Assembly: GCA_016180195.1 (NCBI GenBank)
Contig: JACPBS010000007.1
Location: 9,104-73,103, forward strand
Direction of reading: 5' to 3'
DNA: 64,000 nucleotides
From: Candidatus Woesearchaeota archaeon
GTDB taxonomy: Archaea > Nanobdellota > Nanobdellia > Woesearchaeales > UBA10216
Shown: positions 1-8,591 of the stretch, in pieces
How the letters are laid out: each line of letters begins with the position of its first letter
Numbering within the stretch: the first letter of the stretch is position 1
Notes under the pieces: model-generated
Told to the model about the DNA's origin: nothing
The model's input: only the letters and a program-made list of their open reading frames with translations
Databases searched by the model: none
Made by a program: the position numbers and the translations under genes

Positions 1-312
1 AAAAGCGACCTGAAGGAAAAGCTCCGAAATGCAAGGTTCAGGATAATCGGCATATACTCTTACGGATTTCCTGTTGCAAACATCATAAAGCCAATAAGGG
101 ACTGGCTTGCAAAAAAAGAGCTGAAAATGAAAGCAGGGAAAACAACGGAGGAAAAAACAATCGAAAGCGGACTCCATGAATCCCAGATCAATCCTCAAAA
201 CCCACTAGTCAATGACATAACATTGCAGCCATTCTACTTCCTTCAAAGAGCATTCCTGAACACTGACCTCGGCACAGGATATGTGGCATTCGCCAGGAAA
301 ATCATGGACTGA
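1..312 (+). CDS. 3' end of a gene entering from upstream of the window (hypothetical protein, C-terminal fragment)
   Basis: Frame 1 is open from nt 1 to the stop at 310-312. The listed ORF 127..312 is only the internal-Met tail. No family recognised. Confidence 0.3.
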   Translation, partial: KSDLKEKLRNARFRIIGIYSYGFPVANIIKPIRDWLAKKELKMKAGKTTEEKTIESGLHESQINPQNPLVNDITLQPFYFLQRAFLNTDLGTGYVAFARKIMD

Positions 313-1267
313 CCACAACGATGCGCTTGCTAAGGGACTTATGAACATAATGTGTAAATTCGCCACACACCTTAAGGCCGCATTTCCTAACAATGGGCCT
401 GAAATCCACAGAATCCGGGAATACAACAACAGCCCTTTTCCCCAAAATGCCCTTCAGTCTCGATAAAAAATCAAAATACAGCTTGTCAATAGGCTGTGTT
501 GAAACTGAGTTCCTGCCGTAAGGAAGATCTGTCACAACGTAATCATAATGGGAAGACATGGTGGTAGCATCCTGCAAAGCCAAGGAAAAACGGCTTATCC
601 CCAAATGCCTGAAATTCGAAATGCAGCGATCCAGCATCCGCTCATCAACGTCATACCCGACCACCTTGAAGCCCATCAACCCGGCCTCAATAAGCAAGCC
701 CCCTGTACCGCAAAACGGATCCAGCAAAACCCCCTTTCTTATGCCAGTAAGGTTAACGATTGCCCTTGCAAGCCTGGGATCAAGCGAAACAGGGCTGAAA
801 CCAGGCCTCAAAGAAGGCTTCCTGCTGCCGAAACCATGGGCTACTTCGGAAAGGACAAGGCAACAATAAGCCTCATTTCCCGAAACAACAAGAAGAATCT
901 GGGTATGCGGATTTTTCAGGCAAACAGCCGGATTCTTCAACCGCCTCCACACCAATGCAGCCAAATCAGCCTCAGAGAAACCAAGCTTCCTGTTCCCGAA
1001 ATTCCGGATCCTGACAGAAAAATTAGTTTCATACACCCGCGACCACTGGAATTCAACAAATCTTTTCCTGATGTCCTCAATCCGCGCCCTAAAAAGAACC
1101 CTTGCCAGGGTGTTTGAATACGCAAGCCTCCCTGCAAGATGCGGGCTACCAGACCTAAATAAGAGCAAGTTGCCTTCCCAAACAAACGATCTCAAACCAA
1201 AAACAGAAACTGCCTCGGCAGCAGCAAGCCTAGCATCGGATTTCGATAGAACAAGCAGGAATTCCAT
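302..1267 (-). CDS. THUMP-domain RNA (guanine-N2)-methyltransferase, Trm14/TrmN-like
   Basis: The N-terminal THUMP-like region is followed by a Rossmann MTase with the SAM loop LDPFCGTGG and the amino-MTase motif DLPYG. Confidence 0.7.
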   Translation of the reverse strand: MEFLLVLSKSDARLAAAEAVSVFGLRSFVWEGNLLLFRSGSPHLAGRLAYSNTLARVLFRARIEDIRKRFVEFQWSRVYETNFSVRIRNFGNRKLGFSEADLAALVWRRLKNPAVCLKNPHTQILLVVSGNEAYCCLVLSEVAHGFGSRKPSLRPGFSPVSLDPRLARAIVNLTGIRKGVLLDPFCGTGGLLIEAGLMGFKVVGYDVDERMLDRCISNFRHLGISRFSLALQDATTMSSHYDYVVTDLPYGRNSVSTQPIDKLYFDFLSRLKGILGKRAVVVFPDSVDFRPIVRKCGLKVCGEFTHYVHKSLSKRIVVVSP

Positions 1268-1518
1268 GCAAAAACAAGGCGTTAAGCCTTGCCAATGATC
1301 CTAAACATCTTTGTCCCGCACTTTGGGCAGGTTCCTTTCATCGCCTTCATCTTATTTTTCATAACAACTTCCTTAGCATCCTTCATCTCCCTTTCTTCCT
1401 TGCACTTCATGCATCTTGCCTCGACCATTATTTCCACCTCGACATTTAAAACATATAAAAATAAAGTTCTTTCCGAACCCAGTATATATAAATTTTTGGA
1501 TTAAAACCGATAACATAT

Positions 1519-1527
1519 TTAAACATC
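1519..1527 (+). promoter_or_regulatory. TATA-box-like element upstream of the 1545 start
   Basis: AT-rich TATA-like sequence about 20-30 nt upstream of the ATG. Confidence 0.25.
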
Positions 1528-1544
1528 AACCTGAAAAGAAGAGC

Positions 1545-1868
1545 ATGGCGAGGCCGGCAGCTAGCAGGATAAGGCAAAACATAGTGGAGATACTGTACTT
1601 TGCGAAATCGGGATATGGATATGAGCTTTTCAAGACGTACATCGAGCTCTACCCAAAAACAACCATGCGATCAATATACTACCACCTTAACAAAGGGCTG
1701 CAAACAGGGGAATTCCGGATTGACAAGATCACCAAGGCAAAAGGCGAGTACAGCTGGGGAAGCGAAGCGGAAAAAAAGATATACGCACTGGGCGAAAAAG
1801 CCGCGCCAAAAATAGACAAGAAAGCCAGGGACTACTTCAGCAAGAAAAAAATCAAGCAAGCAACTTAA
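1545..1868 (+). CDS. small winged-helix DNA-binding protein (PadR-like size); start moved to internal ATG
   Basis: The ORF 1416..1868 probably starts at M44 (ATG 1545). A TATA-like box atatttaaa lies about 25 nt upstream. The protein is about 107 aa, basic, with a helix-turn-helix pattern. Confidence 0.45.
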   Translation: MARPAASRIRQNIVEILYFAKSGYGYELFKTYIELYPKTTMRSIYYHLNKGLQTGEFRIDKITKAKGEYSWGSEAEKKIYALGEKAAPKIDKKARDYFSKKKIKQAT

Positions 1869-3024
1869 ACAGGAGCTTCAGGGTTTCCCTCAGGACAGGT
1901 GTCATCAAAAACACGATGATCAGCAAAAAAGCCAAAGACACCCTGCCCCAAATCATCTTGCCCCTTTCCTTCCCAAAAAACCTCTGCAGGGGAAGAAGAA
2001 TCATTCTGCCCCCATCTATAGGCCCAAGAGGAAGAAGGTTAGCAGTGCCGATGCCCAGGCTTAAGATGAAAATGAAATAGACAATTTCGAAAACAAAGCG
2101 ATAAGATGAAAAAGCAAGTGAGTCATCATTCCTGTACCTGTTTGAGATCCCAACAACACCGAAAAAAGGCTCGGAAGAATCCTTTGGATTGGCTCCAACC
2201 CTCAAACTGCGATCACCCACAGTAACCACATCACCCGGCTTAAGCGTGTCGGCAAACTCAAGAAATTCGGCCACGTTCCGGATTTCACGGCCGTTAAAAC
2301 TGCCATAAACCTTATTCTTCTCCAGCCCAGCTGAGTCAGCGGGGCCGCCCGGAGCAAAGTCAGAAAACGAAACCCCGACAGGCTCAAAAAGATTAGGGGT
2401 AAGGGGAATCAAAACAAAAGAAAAAACAATGAAAGCCAAAAATGCAAGCATGAAATTAAAAAACGGCCCTGCTGCATAAATGGAATACTGGACAATATCA
2501 TGCTTTTTCTGAAGGCTTTCCTCATCAGGCTCAACAAAAGCCCCGAAAAAAGGACCAAGAATGAAAGGGCCCGTGCTTTTCACCTGAACCCTATTAGCAG
2601 CGGCCACAATGCCATGACCAAACTCATGGACAACTGCAACGATAAATATGCAGACTATACCCTGCCAGAAGGGAATGAAAAACGTGGTTCCAGGAACCCT
2701 CACGCCGGGAATTACAGGGCTTATCGTGGCAGGCGAGTCAGGAACGAACAAAACAAGGTAAAGCCCGAAAAAAATAAACCCGACAACAGCAACCATGGCA
2801 ACAAAACCCACGATTATTCCAATATACCCAAGAAACCGGATCAGCCTTGAATACCTCGAACCAAGAGAGGACATAAGCCTGATGCCGAATCTTGTCTTCA
2901 AAATCGCAAAAACGCCTAAATGAATCTCAAATCGTTTCCTGAAAACATAAACAAGAACGAAAATCAGGGAATAAAAAAGAACAATCCACTTGAAATCCAG
3001 AATCGAATCGATTAAAGACCCCAT
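1852..3024 (-). CDS. site-2 protease (M50 family intramembrane metalloprotease, RseP-like) with a PDZ domain
   Basis: Has the HEFGH zinc motif within multi-TM architecture (VVHEFGHGIVAAA) and an internal PDZ-like soluble segment. The ATG lies at 3022-3024 on the minus strand. Confidence 0.8.
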   Translation of the reverse strand: MGSLIDSILDFKWIVLFYSLIFVLVYVFRKRFEIHLGVFAILKTRFGIRLMSSLGSRYSRLIRFLGYIGIIVGFVAMVAVVGFIFFGLYLVLFVPDSPATISPVIPGVRVPGTTFFIPFWQGIVCIFIVAVVHEFGHGIVAAANRVQVKSTGPFILGPFFGAFVEPDEESLQKKHDIVQYSIYAAGPFFNFMLAFLAFIVFSFVLIPLTPNLFEPVGVSFSDFAPGGPADSAGLEKNKVYGSFNGREIRNVAEFLEFADTLKPGDVVTVGDRSLRVGANPKDSSEPFFGVVGISNRYRNDDSLAFSSYRFVFEIVYFIFILSLGIGTANLLPLGPIDGGRMILLPLQRFFGKERGKMIWGRVSLAFLLIIVFLMTPVLRETLKLLFKLLA

Positions 3025-3033
3025 AGTAAAACT

Positions 3034-3195
3034 CTACTTTCTCCTCACAGGCCTAAGCGCCTTGCTCCCGCACTTCCTACAGTTAACCTTACCCTGAACA
3101 ACCTTGAGGTTCGGAGCCCTGACCTTGGACTTGCATTTCCTGCACACGAACATATTCTTGAAAAACCTGGCCTCTGCCTCTGGAAACTTAACCAT
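3034..3195 (-). CDS. rpl40e: 50S ribosomal protein L40e (missed by ORF track, 53 aa)
   Basis: The minus strand translates to MVKFPEAEARFFKNMFVCRKCKSKVRAPNLKVVQGKVNCRKCGSKALRPVRRK, which fits the L40e C4 zinc-ribbon pattern. The gene is tightly packed between aIF5A and the S2P protease. Confidence 0.8.
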   Translation of the reverse strand: MVKFPEAEARFFKNMFVCRKCKSKVRAPNLKVVQGKVNCRKCGSKALRPVRRK

Positions 3196-3196
3196 C

Positions 3197-3598
3197 TTAC
3201 TCCTCTCCTCCCTTTACCTGCTTCATGAACTTATAATCCATAACATGCCAGTAAAGAACAATAGTCCCGGCAACGCAGCTATCCTTCATTTCCTCAGGGA
3301 TCTCCAGATCAAAGGTCTCGTAGCTCTCCATGTCCATTACATTCGCCAGGTTTCCCTTAACAGACAGAACCTGTGCATTCTTCTTGTCAATAATAGGAAC
3401 CTCAACATTATCATGGGCAGGCAAAACAATAACCCGCTTCCTGTTGTCCACGATACCAACACCCTCAATCCTCATCTTGGCATGACCATGCTTTCCCGGC
3501 CTTGAAGTCTGGATGCTGCCTATCTTGCAAGGCTCACCATCCATCAGCAAGTAGCTTCCGTCCTTCAGAGAATTGGCCCCAACAGTCTTTGTCGTCAT
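3197..3598 (-). CDS. eif5a: translation initiation factor 5A (aIF5A)
   Basis: Carries the hypusine loop STSRPGKHGHAKMR and has the typical size of about 133 aa. Confidence 0.9.
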   Translation of the reverse strand: MTTKTVGANSLKDGSYLLMDGEPCKIGSIQTSRPGKHGHAKMRIEGVGIVDNRKRVIVLPAHDNVEVPIIDKKNAQVLSVKGNLANVMDMESYETFDLEIPEEMKDSCVAGTIVLYWHVMDYKFMKQVKGGEE

Positions 3599-3657
3599 AA
3601 ATTCACGAAAAACAGTGAATATTTAAAGGTTTGTATTGCTGTCGAGGACCAAATATT

Positions 3658-4311
3658 CTATAAAAATTTTCGCTTTCTAATAATATTCCTGATCTCCCTC
3701 TCCAGGAAATCGGCGTTCTCAAACTCGCTTTCCTTCTTCCGGAAAAGGGAGCTGTGATGGACCGTCCTGCTTTTGGACTGGCCGAACTTCATCTTCTTAT
3801 GGAGAAGCTCATGATACATCAGATAGTCAATTATGTCCTTCCTGCCCCGGAAAACCATGCTGACGCTAACGGTATCCGAGTGGTAGTTATAGCTTGCAAG
3901 CCTGCTTCTCGAATCATGCCAGGCAAAATTAGGCATCTCGACCAGACCATCAAAATATTTTTCATTCACCCTGCAGAAGGACTCCTCCAAGAACATGTCA
4001 CGCCCTGTCTTAGGCATGCTCAAGTGGAGATTGCGGATAAAATTATTGTAAAGGCCGATGCTGACAGGCCTTGATTCAACCCTTACAAGCCTTGAGGTGA
4101 GGGACTGCAACAGCCCAAGAACAATCTCATCATTAACTTCCTTCCATTCCTTTCCGAGGCTGAACCTCAACTGATTCCCCTTTTTCCTCACATTTGCGTT
4201 ATACTTTCCAAGCCTTCCCGAGTAAATGACCTCCACATCAAAGCAATACCCGTTTTCCCCAAGAAATTCCACAAATGACTCCTGAAGCGACATATCAGTA
4301 ATTAATCTCAT
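3658..4311 (-). CDS. DUF45/YgjP-like predicted zinc metallohydrolase (WLM/SprT-like HExxH)
   Basis: The C-terminal region contains YHELLHKKMKF...HHSS, which is an HExxH motif followed by a further His, as in the YgjP/COG1451 family. Confidence 0.55.
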   Translation of the reverse strand: MRLITDMSLQESFVEFLGENGYCFDVEVIYSGRLGKYNANVRKKGNQLRFSLGKEWKEVNDEIVLGLLQSLTSRLVRVESRPVSIGLYNNFIRNLHLSMPKTGRDMFLEESFCRVNEKYFDGLVEMPNFAWHDSRSRLASYNYHSDTVSVSMVFRGRKDIIDYLMYHELLHKKMKFGQSKSRTVHHSSLFRKKESEFENADFLEREIRNIIRKRKFL

Positions 4312-5392
4312 ACCTCAGAATGGCTGCAATGCCGCCAAAATCACGAAGCTGGGCGCCCTCGCGTGTCTCGGTAGAAATTATCTCCACCCTTGTACCGAAT
4401 TTCTTTGCCTCCTCCTCAAATTCCGCAATGAGCTCCCCCTCATTCGACTCGGAAAGCAAGAGAACATCAACTATCCCGTTCTTCAACTGCTTCATAACCT
4501 CATCCCTGCCGTAGCTAACCATTCCCTGCCTTGTCGAGAGCAAGTCAAAGAACCTGCCCAAAATCTTCTTCTCCGCAACAAGCCCCTCCTCTGCCAGGAC
4601 ATCATAGCTCTTGTCAACAAGCTCCTGAAGCCCGAACTCGTCAGTGTAAGAAAGATCCTTAATGGCTATCACCCTGTTCTTCAGCTCAGTCGGCATGTAA
4701 CTGCCCTCGACAAAATCATACTTTGTCGGGCCGGGACCACCTACAATTATTCCCTTCAGATCAGGCTTCCCGAAAAACTCATCCTTCACATGCTCACCAA
4801 GGCGCGTATAGAACTCCTTGGCAGCGCCCTCCCTCAGCCTCTCGAATCTTTGACTGCTCTGTCCGCCGGCCTTCGTCTTTCCCGGAACATTTGAAGTGTA
4901 TTTTGCAAGAGGAGTGATCGTTTTCCCCTTCAGAACGGCAATTATCCCCTCCCTGCGGTCCATAACAACGAGCCCATACATCTCCTTGACCTCAAGCATG
5001 TCCTTCAGAATATCAAGCTGGAAGGTCTTGTCACACCTGTATATCCTAGTCTGGAGAGGGATTGGGGGCTCAATGCTCCACACCCTTAGGTCAATCTGAC
5101 CCTGCCTGGCAACATTCCCAGAGAAGACCGCAAGCCCATTCTCAGGGGTCTGCTTGAAAAGCTTAAGGTGCTGGATCATCCTCTCGAGAGCGGAAATCAC
5201 ATTCTTCCTTGTTGAAGCAGACTTGATATTTGATGCAGTGCCCTGCTCCTGCGCAAGATGGTTGATTATCTTGGTCATATCATAACCCCGGGGAATGTAG
5301 ACAGAAATAAGCTCGGTATGAAGAGCACGGTGGCTGTCAAGCTCAACAACAAACTTCTTCAGGTCATACTTCTGCTTGGCAGTCAAAGACAT
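4295..5392 (-). CDS. prf1: peptide chain release factor aRF1
   Basis: Has the NIKS codon-recognition motif (ASNIKS) and the GGQ motif (GGQSSQRF). The size of 365 aa fits aRF1. Confidence 0.9.
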   Translation of the reverse strand: MSLTAKQKYDLKKFVVELDSHRALHTELISVYIPRGYDMTKIINHLAQEQGTASNIKSASTRKNVISALERMIQHLKLFKQTPENGLAVFSGNVARQGQIDLRVWSIEPPIPLQTRIYRCDKTFQLDILKDMLEVKEMYGLVVMDRREGIIAVLKGKTITPLAKYTSNVPGKTKAGGQSSQRFERLREGAAKEFYTRLGEHVKDEFFGKPDLKGIIVGGPGPTKYDFVEGSYMPTELKNRVIAIKDLSYTDEFGLQELVDKSYDVLAEEGLVAEKKILGRFFDLLSTRQGMVSYGRDEVMKQLKNGIVDVLLLSESNEGELIAEFEEEAKKFGTRVEIISTETREGAQLRDFGGIAAILRYEINY

Positions 5393-5516
5393 AAGAGCAA
5401 AGATTAAGACAGAGATTTATAAAAGTTTTCTGATCGCAAAATGCACATCTCCCAACTCCCAACAATAAGTTTTAAAATAGCCAGATACTCCAGCAAAAAA
5501 AGCGAGTGAGGGAAAC

Positions 5517-5657
5517 GGGGCTGTAGTGCAACTTGGCCAACACACAAGGTTTGGGACACGAATCTGCGCATCCGCAATAGTGTCAGAAGACCTTGTAATC
5601 GGGGTTCAAAAACGGCTTCTGGCAATCCAGGGCCGATTGAAAGTCCTCGCAGCCCCA
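5517..5657 (+). tRNA. tRNA-Pro(UGG) with two introns (canonical 37/38 and a T-loop 59/60 intron)
   Basis: Acceptor stem ggggctg/cagcccc (7 bp) with U8 A9 and discriminator A. D-arm gtgc-aacttggcca-acac. Anticodon stem caagg/ccttg with loop tttggg|a, giving anticodon TGG with G37. A 34-nt intron at 5556..5589 sits between positions 37 and 38. Variable loop taat. T-arm cgggg ttcaaa|t cctcg with a 33-nt intron at 5611..5643 inside the T-loop. The mature length is about 75 nt. The flanks gggaaa/tttccc can extend the acceptor helix. Confidence 0.65.
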
Positions 5658-5710
5658 TATTTCCCATAGTCAATAACTTTATAAATAACCTTCATACTCG
5701 TTTTAAAAGC

Positions 5711-5956
5711 ATGGCAACGCTGACTAAATATGGCTCGACAAAACGCTTCGGCCCCAGGTACGGACGGCGCGTGAAGGAGAAATTTGGAAAGATCGAGAAG
5801 GAAAGAAATGAATCATCAACATGCCCGCAATGCAGAAAAACAAGGATGAAAAGGCTTGCCTCCGGGATATGGAGCTGCAAGAAATGCAACATAAAAATGG
5901 CCGGCGGAGCATACATCATCAGAAAAATAGCAACGGAAGCCAAGGAATCCGAATAA
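5711..5956 (+). CDS. rpl37ae: 50S ribosomal protein L37ae (L43e)
   Basis: C4 zinc ribbon with CPQC...CKKC, an N-terminal basic region RYGRRV, and 81 aa. Confidence 0.9.
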   Translation: MATLTKYGSTKRFGPRYGRRVKEKFGKIEKERNESSTCPQCRKTRMKRLASGIWSCKKCNIKMAGGAYIIRKIATEAKESE

Positions 5957-5957
5957 G

Positions 5958-6095
5958 ATGGTAGAATACAAGTGCTTTAACTGCAACAAGAAGGTTTCAG
6001 TGGATTATCTTAGGAAAAAGGTAAGATGCCCCTACTGTGGAAGCAAGATACTCTTCAAGCCAAGGAAATCGATCACAAAGATCAAGGCAAGATGA
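5958..6095 (+). CDS. rpoP: DNA-directed RNA polymerase subunit P (RpoP/Rpb12 homolog; missed by ORF track, 45 aa)
   Basis: Translates to MVEYKCFNCNKKVSVDYLRKKVRCPYCGSKILFKPRKSITKIKAR. The CxxC...CPYCGSKIL pattern is typical of RpoP, and the gene sits in the conserved position right after L37ae. Confidence 0.8.
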   Translation: MVEYKCFNCNKKVSVDYLRKKVRCPYCGSKILFKPRKSITKIKAR

Positions 6096-6322
6096 AATAT
6101 CAGGCATTGCTTACTGTTGAGGGGGACAAAGACCTGATTTTCGAGGCATTTTCCCCGGAAAGCAAGAATAAGAAAAGCTCAAGGTCTGAATACACAATAT
6201 CGAAGTCCAGGGAAGGCATCAAATTTGCAATCCATGCAGGGGATGCAACAGCATTTCGCGCCATCATAAACAGCATAACCAGACAGCTTTCAGTAATTGA
6301 AAAGGCAACAAGAATAACATGA
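6092..6322 (+). CDS. pcc1: KEOPS complex subunit Pcc1-like (start moved to internal ATG overlapping the rpoP stop)
   Basis: The MKYQALLTVEGDKD... start with the DATAFRAIINSITRQL motif resembles Pcc1 (COG2892). The ATGA overlap with the upstream stop suggests operon coupling. The track's ORF 6026..6322 runs through rpoP. Confidence 0.5.
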   Translation: MKYQALLTVEGDKDLIFEAFSPESKNKKSSRSEYTISKSREGIKFAIHAGDATAFRAIINSITRQLSVIEKATRIT

Positions 6323-6651
6323 CAATCCCAAAAGACGTAGAAGAGAAGATACAGCAACTTCAGCTTCTAGAGCAAAATCTCCAGAATTTCATCATACAGA
6401 AACAGACACTTCAGATGCAGCTGGTGGAGCTTGAAAACGCAATCACAGAACTGGAAAAAACAGAAACAGCATTCAAGATCATAGGGAACATCATGGTAAA
6501 GGTCAGCAAGGACGAACTAAAAAAAGACCTTGAATCAAGAAAGGAGGTCTCAGCCCTCCGGGCCAATACCATAGAGAAACAGGAGATCCTGATAAGGGAA
6601 AGAGCCTCTAAGCTTCAAAAAGAAGTTCTTGGAGAAATGAAGGAACAGTGA
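6319..6651 (+). CDS. pfdB: prefoldin beta subunit
   Basis: A 110-aa coiled-coil protein with a beta-hairpin core (IMVKVSKDE) in the exosome-superoperon context. Confidence 0.8.
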   Translation: MTIPKDVEEKIQQLQLLEQNLQNFIIQKQTLQMQLVELENAITELEKTETAFKIIGNIMVKVSKDELKKDLESRKEVSALRANTIEKQEILIRERASKLQKEVLGEMKEQ

Positions 6652-6654
6652 AAA

Positions 6655-6897
6655 ATGCCGGAAAAAATCAACTCGATACTAAATGCACTTTCGGAGCTGG
6701 AGCAGGACACCAGCGTACCCCGGAACATCAAGGACAAGATACAAAAAACCATTGGGACCCTGCAGAGCGAAAGCGAGCTTTCATTAAGGATAGACCGCGC
6801 GCTCCAAGAGCTTGACGAGATAGCTGACGACATCAACCTGCAGGCCTATACAAGAACACAGATATGGAACATAGTAAGCATGCTCGAAAAACTATGA
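6655..6897 (+). CDS. UPF0147 family protein (COG1698), commonly downstream of prefoldin beta
   Basis: An 80-aa helical protein with TSVPRNIKDKIQ and HTRTQIWNIVSMLE-like motifs. The conserved neighbourhood supports the call. Confidence 0.55.
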   Translation: MPEKINSILNALSELEQDTSVPRNIKDKIQKTIGTLQSESELSLRIDRALQELDEIADDINLQAYTRTQIWNIVSMLEKL

Positions 6898-7446
6898 GCG
6901 CTTCCTCTTCTTAACAAGGACTATGTTCTTCACAAGCAGTGTATTCGGCACAAATATCAGGTCCCCCTCCCTCGTCTCCAGACGCGTATCAACAAGATCT
7001 ATGCGAATGATCTTCCCTTCCAGTCCGCCGGCCCTTATTATGTCACCTATCTGAATAATTCCCTTCTGGTGCAGGAAAATTCCGCTGAAGAAATTCCTTA
7101 CGAAGTCAACCAGCGAAAGGGTAACAGATGCCAGAATTATGATGATTATCAGTATCGCAATGATATTAAACAACAGATCCTCCAGGTTGAGGGTGTCAAC
7201 AGCCAGGGCAACAGTCAGGAAATAAATAAGAAACATCACAATCGAACCCACAATCTCATCCGCCGGGATGCTGACCCGAACAGAGCTGCTGATCATCTTA
7301 TTAACCTCGATTTCGGACAGAAACCTCCCGACAAACCTTCCCATAAGCCTTCCGACAATGAAGCCTATAAGAAGGATAATCGCGGCAACCACCAGATTGT
7401 TAAGCATCCCCCTTATAAAAGGGAAAACACCCTCAAGAAACACCAT
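6892..7446 (-). CDS. small-conductance mechanosensitive channel (MscS-like, minimal form)
   Basis: N-terminal TM helices are followed by the MscS beta domain (IQIGDIIRAGGLEGKIIRIDLVDTRLETREGDLIFVPN). Confidence 0.7.
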   Translation of the reverse strand: MVFLEGVFPFIRGMLNNLVVAAIILLIGFIVGRLMGRFVGRFLSEIEVNKMISSSVRVSIPADEIVGSIVMFLIYFLTVALAVDTLNLEDLLFNIIAILIIIIILASVTLSLVDFVRNFFSGIFLHQKGIIQIGDIIRAGGLEGKIIRIDLVDTRLETREGDLIFVPNTLLVKNIVLVKKRKRS

Positions 7447-7501
7447 TAGCCAATATTTTGAATATAATTTTATAAAGGTTTTTAATTTTTATCAATGCAA
7501 A

Positions 7502-8587
7502 ATGCCTGATTACAATGACAAGATAAAGGAGCTAGAAGGGGAGATACAGAAAACCCAGTATAACAAGGCAACACAGCACCACATCGGGCTGATCAAAGCC
7601 AAGATCTCCATACTTAGAAAGAAGGCCGAATCCAGGGCCAAGAAAACCGGGGGCGAAGGCTTTGCGGTGAGGAAAAGCGGGGATGCGACAGCCTGCCTCA
7701 TAGGATTCCCCTCTGTGGGAAAGTCAACACTGCTGAACAGGCTGACGAATGCCGAGTCAAAAACAGCGTCATACGCATTCACCACGCTCACATGCATTCC
7801 AGGAACAATGAACTATAACTCCGCGAAAATACAGATTCTGGACCTTCCCGGAATAATAAAGGGCGCATCTGGCGGCCTAGGCAAGGGAAGGGAAGTAATA
7901 GCTGTTGTAAGAAGCTCAGACCTCGCAATAATAGTGGCCGATGTGTTCGACACCAAGCAGGTGGATGCAATAAGAAAGGAACTGTACGATTCCAACATAA
8001 GACTTGATGAGACCCCTCCACAAGTAACCATCAAGCAAACCGATAGAGGCGGCATCCAGGTGGCGAGCCTTAGAAAGCTGACAAAGATAGACGCCGAAAC
8101 GGTAACGGCGATACTCAAGGAATACAGGATAAATAACGGCTACGTAACCATAAAGGAGGATATAAGTGCAGAACGGCTGATAGATGCGCTTGAAGGAAAC
8201 AGGGTTTTCCTGCCATCCCTTATCGTACTCAACAAATCAGACCTAGTCTCAAAAGAGGAAGCTGAAAATGCTGCAAGACTGACGAACGGAATCCCGTTAT
8301 CTGCGGAAAACAAATCAAACATAGAAATGCTAAAGGAAACAATCTACAGGAAACTGAGGCTCATGAGAATATACCTCAAGGAGTATGGGAAAAAAACAGA
8401 CAACGAGCCATTGATAGTGAGGCAGAACTCAACAATAATGGACATCTGCAGGAAACTTCATAAGGATTTCATAAACAAGTTCAAGTATGCAAAGGTATGG
8501 GGGAAATCGTCCAAATACCCGGGCGAAAGATTCAGGATGGAGCATGTACTCCAGGACCAGGATATTGTTGAGGTAAAACTAAGATAA
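7502..8587 (+). CDS. drg: developmentally regulated GTP-binding protein (DRG/Obg-family GTPase with TGS domain)
   Basis: G1 GFPSVGKST, G3 DLPGII, a TGS-like C-terminus and an N-terminal KATQHHIGLIKAKI motif. The true start is the ATG at 7502; the track's start at 7268 overlaps the convergent MscS gene. Confidence 0.85.
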   Translation: MPDYNDKIKELEGEIQKTQYNKATQHHIGLIKAKISILRKKAESRAKKTGGEGFAVRKSGDATACLIGFPSVGKSTLLNRLTNAESKTASYAFTTLTCIPGTMNYNSAKIQILDLPGIIKGASGGLGKGREVIAVVRSSDLAIIVADVFDTKQVDAIRKELYDSNIRLDETPPQVTIKQTDRGGIQVASLRKLTKIDAETVTAILKEYRINNGYVTIKEDISAERLIDALEGNRVFLPSLIVLNKSDLVSKEEAENAARLTNGIPLSAENKSNIEMLKETIYRKLRLMRIYLKEYGKKTDNEPLIVRQNSTIMDICRKLHKDFINKFKYAKVWGKSSKYPGERFRMEHVLQDQDIVEVKLR

Positions 8588-8591
8588 AAAA

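Noticed and set aside
548-1117. 189-aa and 103-aa plus-strand ORFs inside the THUMP methyltransferase gene
   Set aside because: They are antisense to a well-supported CDS and translate to low-information Pro/Ser/Arg-rich sequence.
5620-5660. GAAAGTCC string resembling the RNase P RNA CR-I motif
   Set aside because: It lies at the 3' end of the element rather than near a 5' P4 strand. The surrounding sequence folds convincingly as the T-arm/acceptor of tRNA-Pro with a T-loop intron.
5404-5673. 89-aa minus-strand ORF in the aRF1/L37ae spacer
   Set aside because: It overlaps the intron-containing tRNA-Pro locus, which explains the conservation-like structure better.
7268-7501. N-terminal 78 codons of the track's DRG ORF
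   Set aside because: This stretch overlaps the convergent MscS gene on the opposite strand and has no similarity to DRG N-termini. The conserved MPDYNDKIKELE... start at 7502 is the real initiation site.
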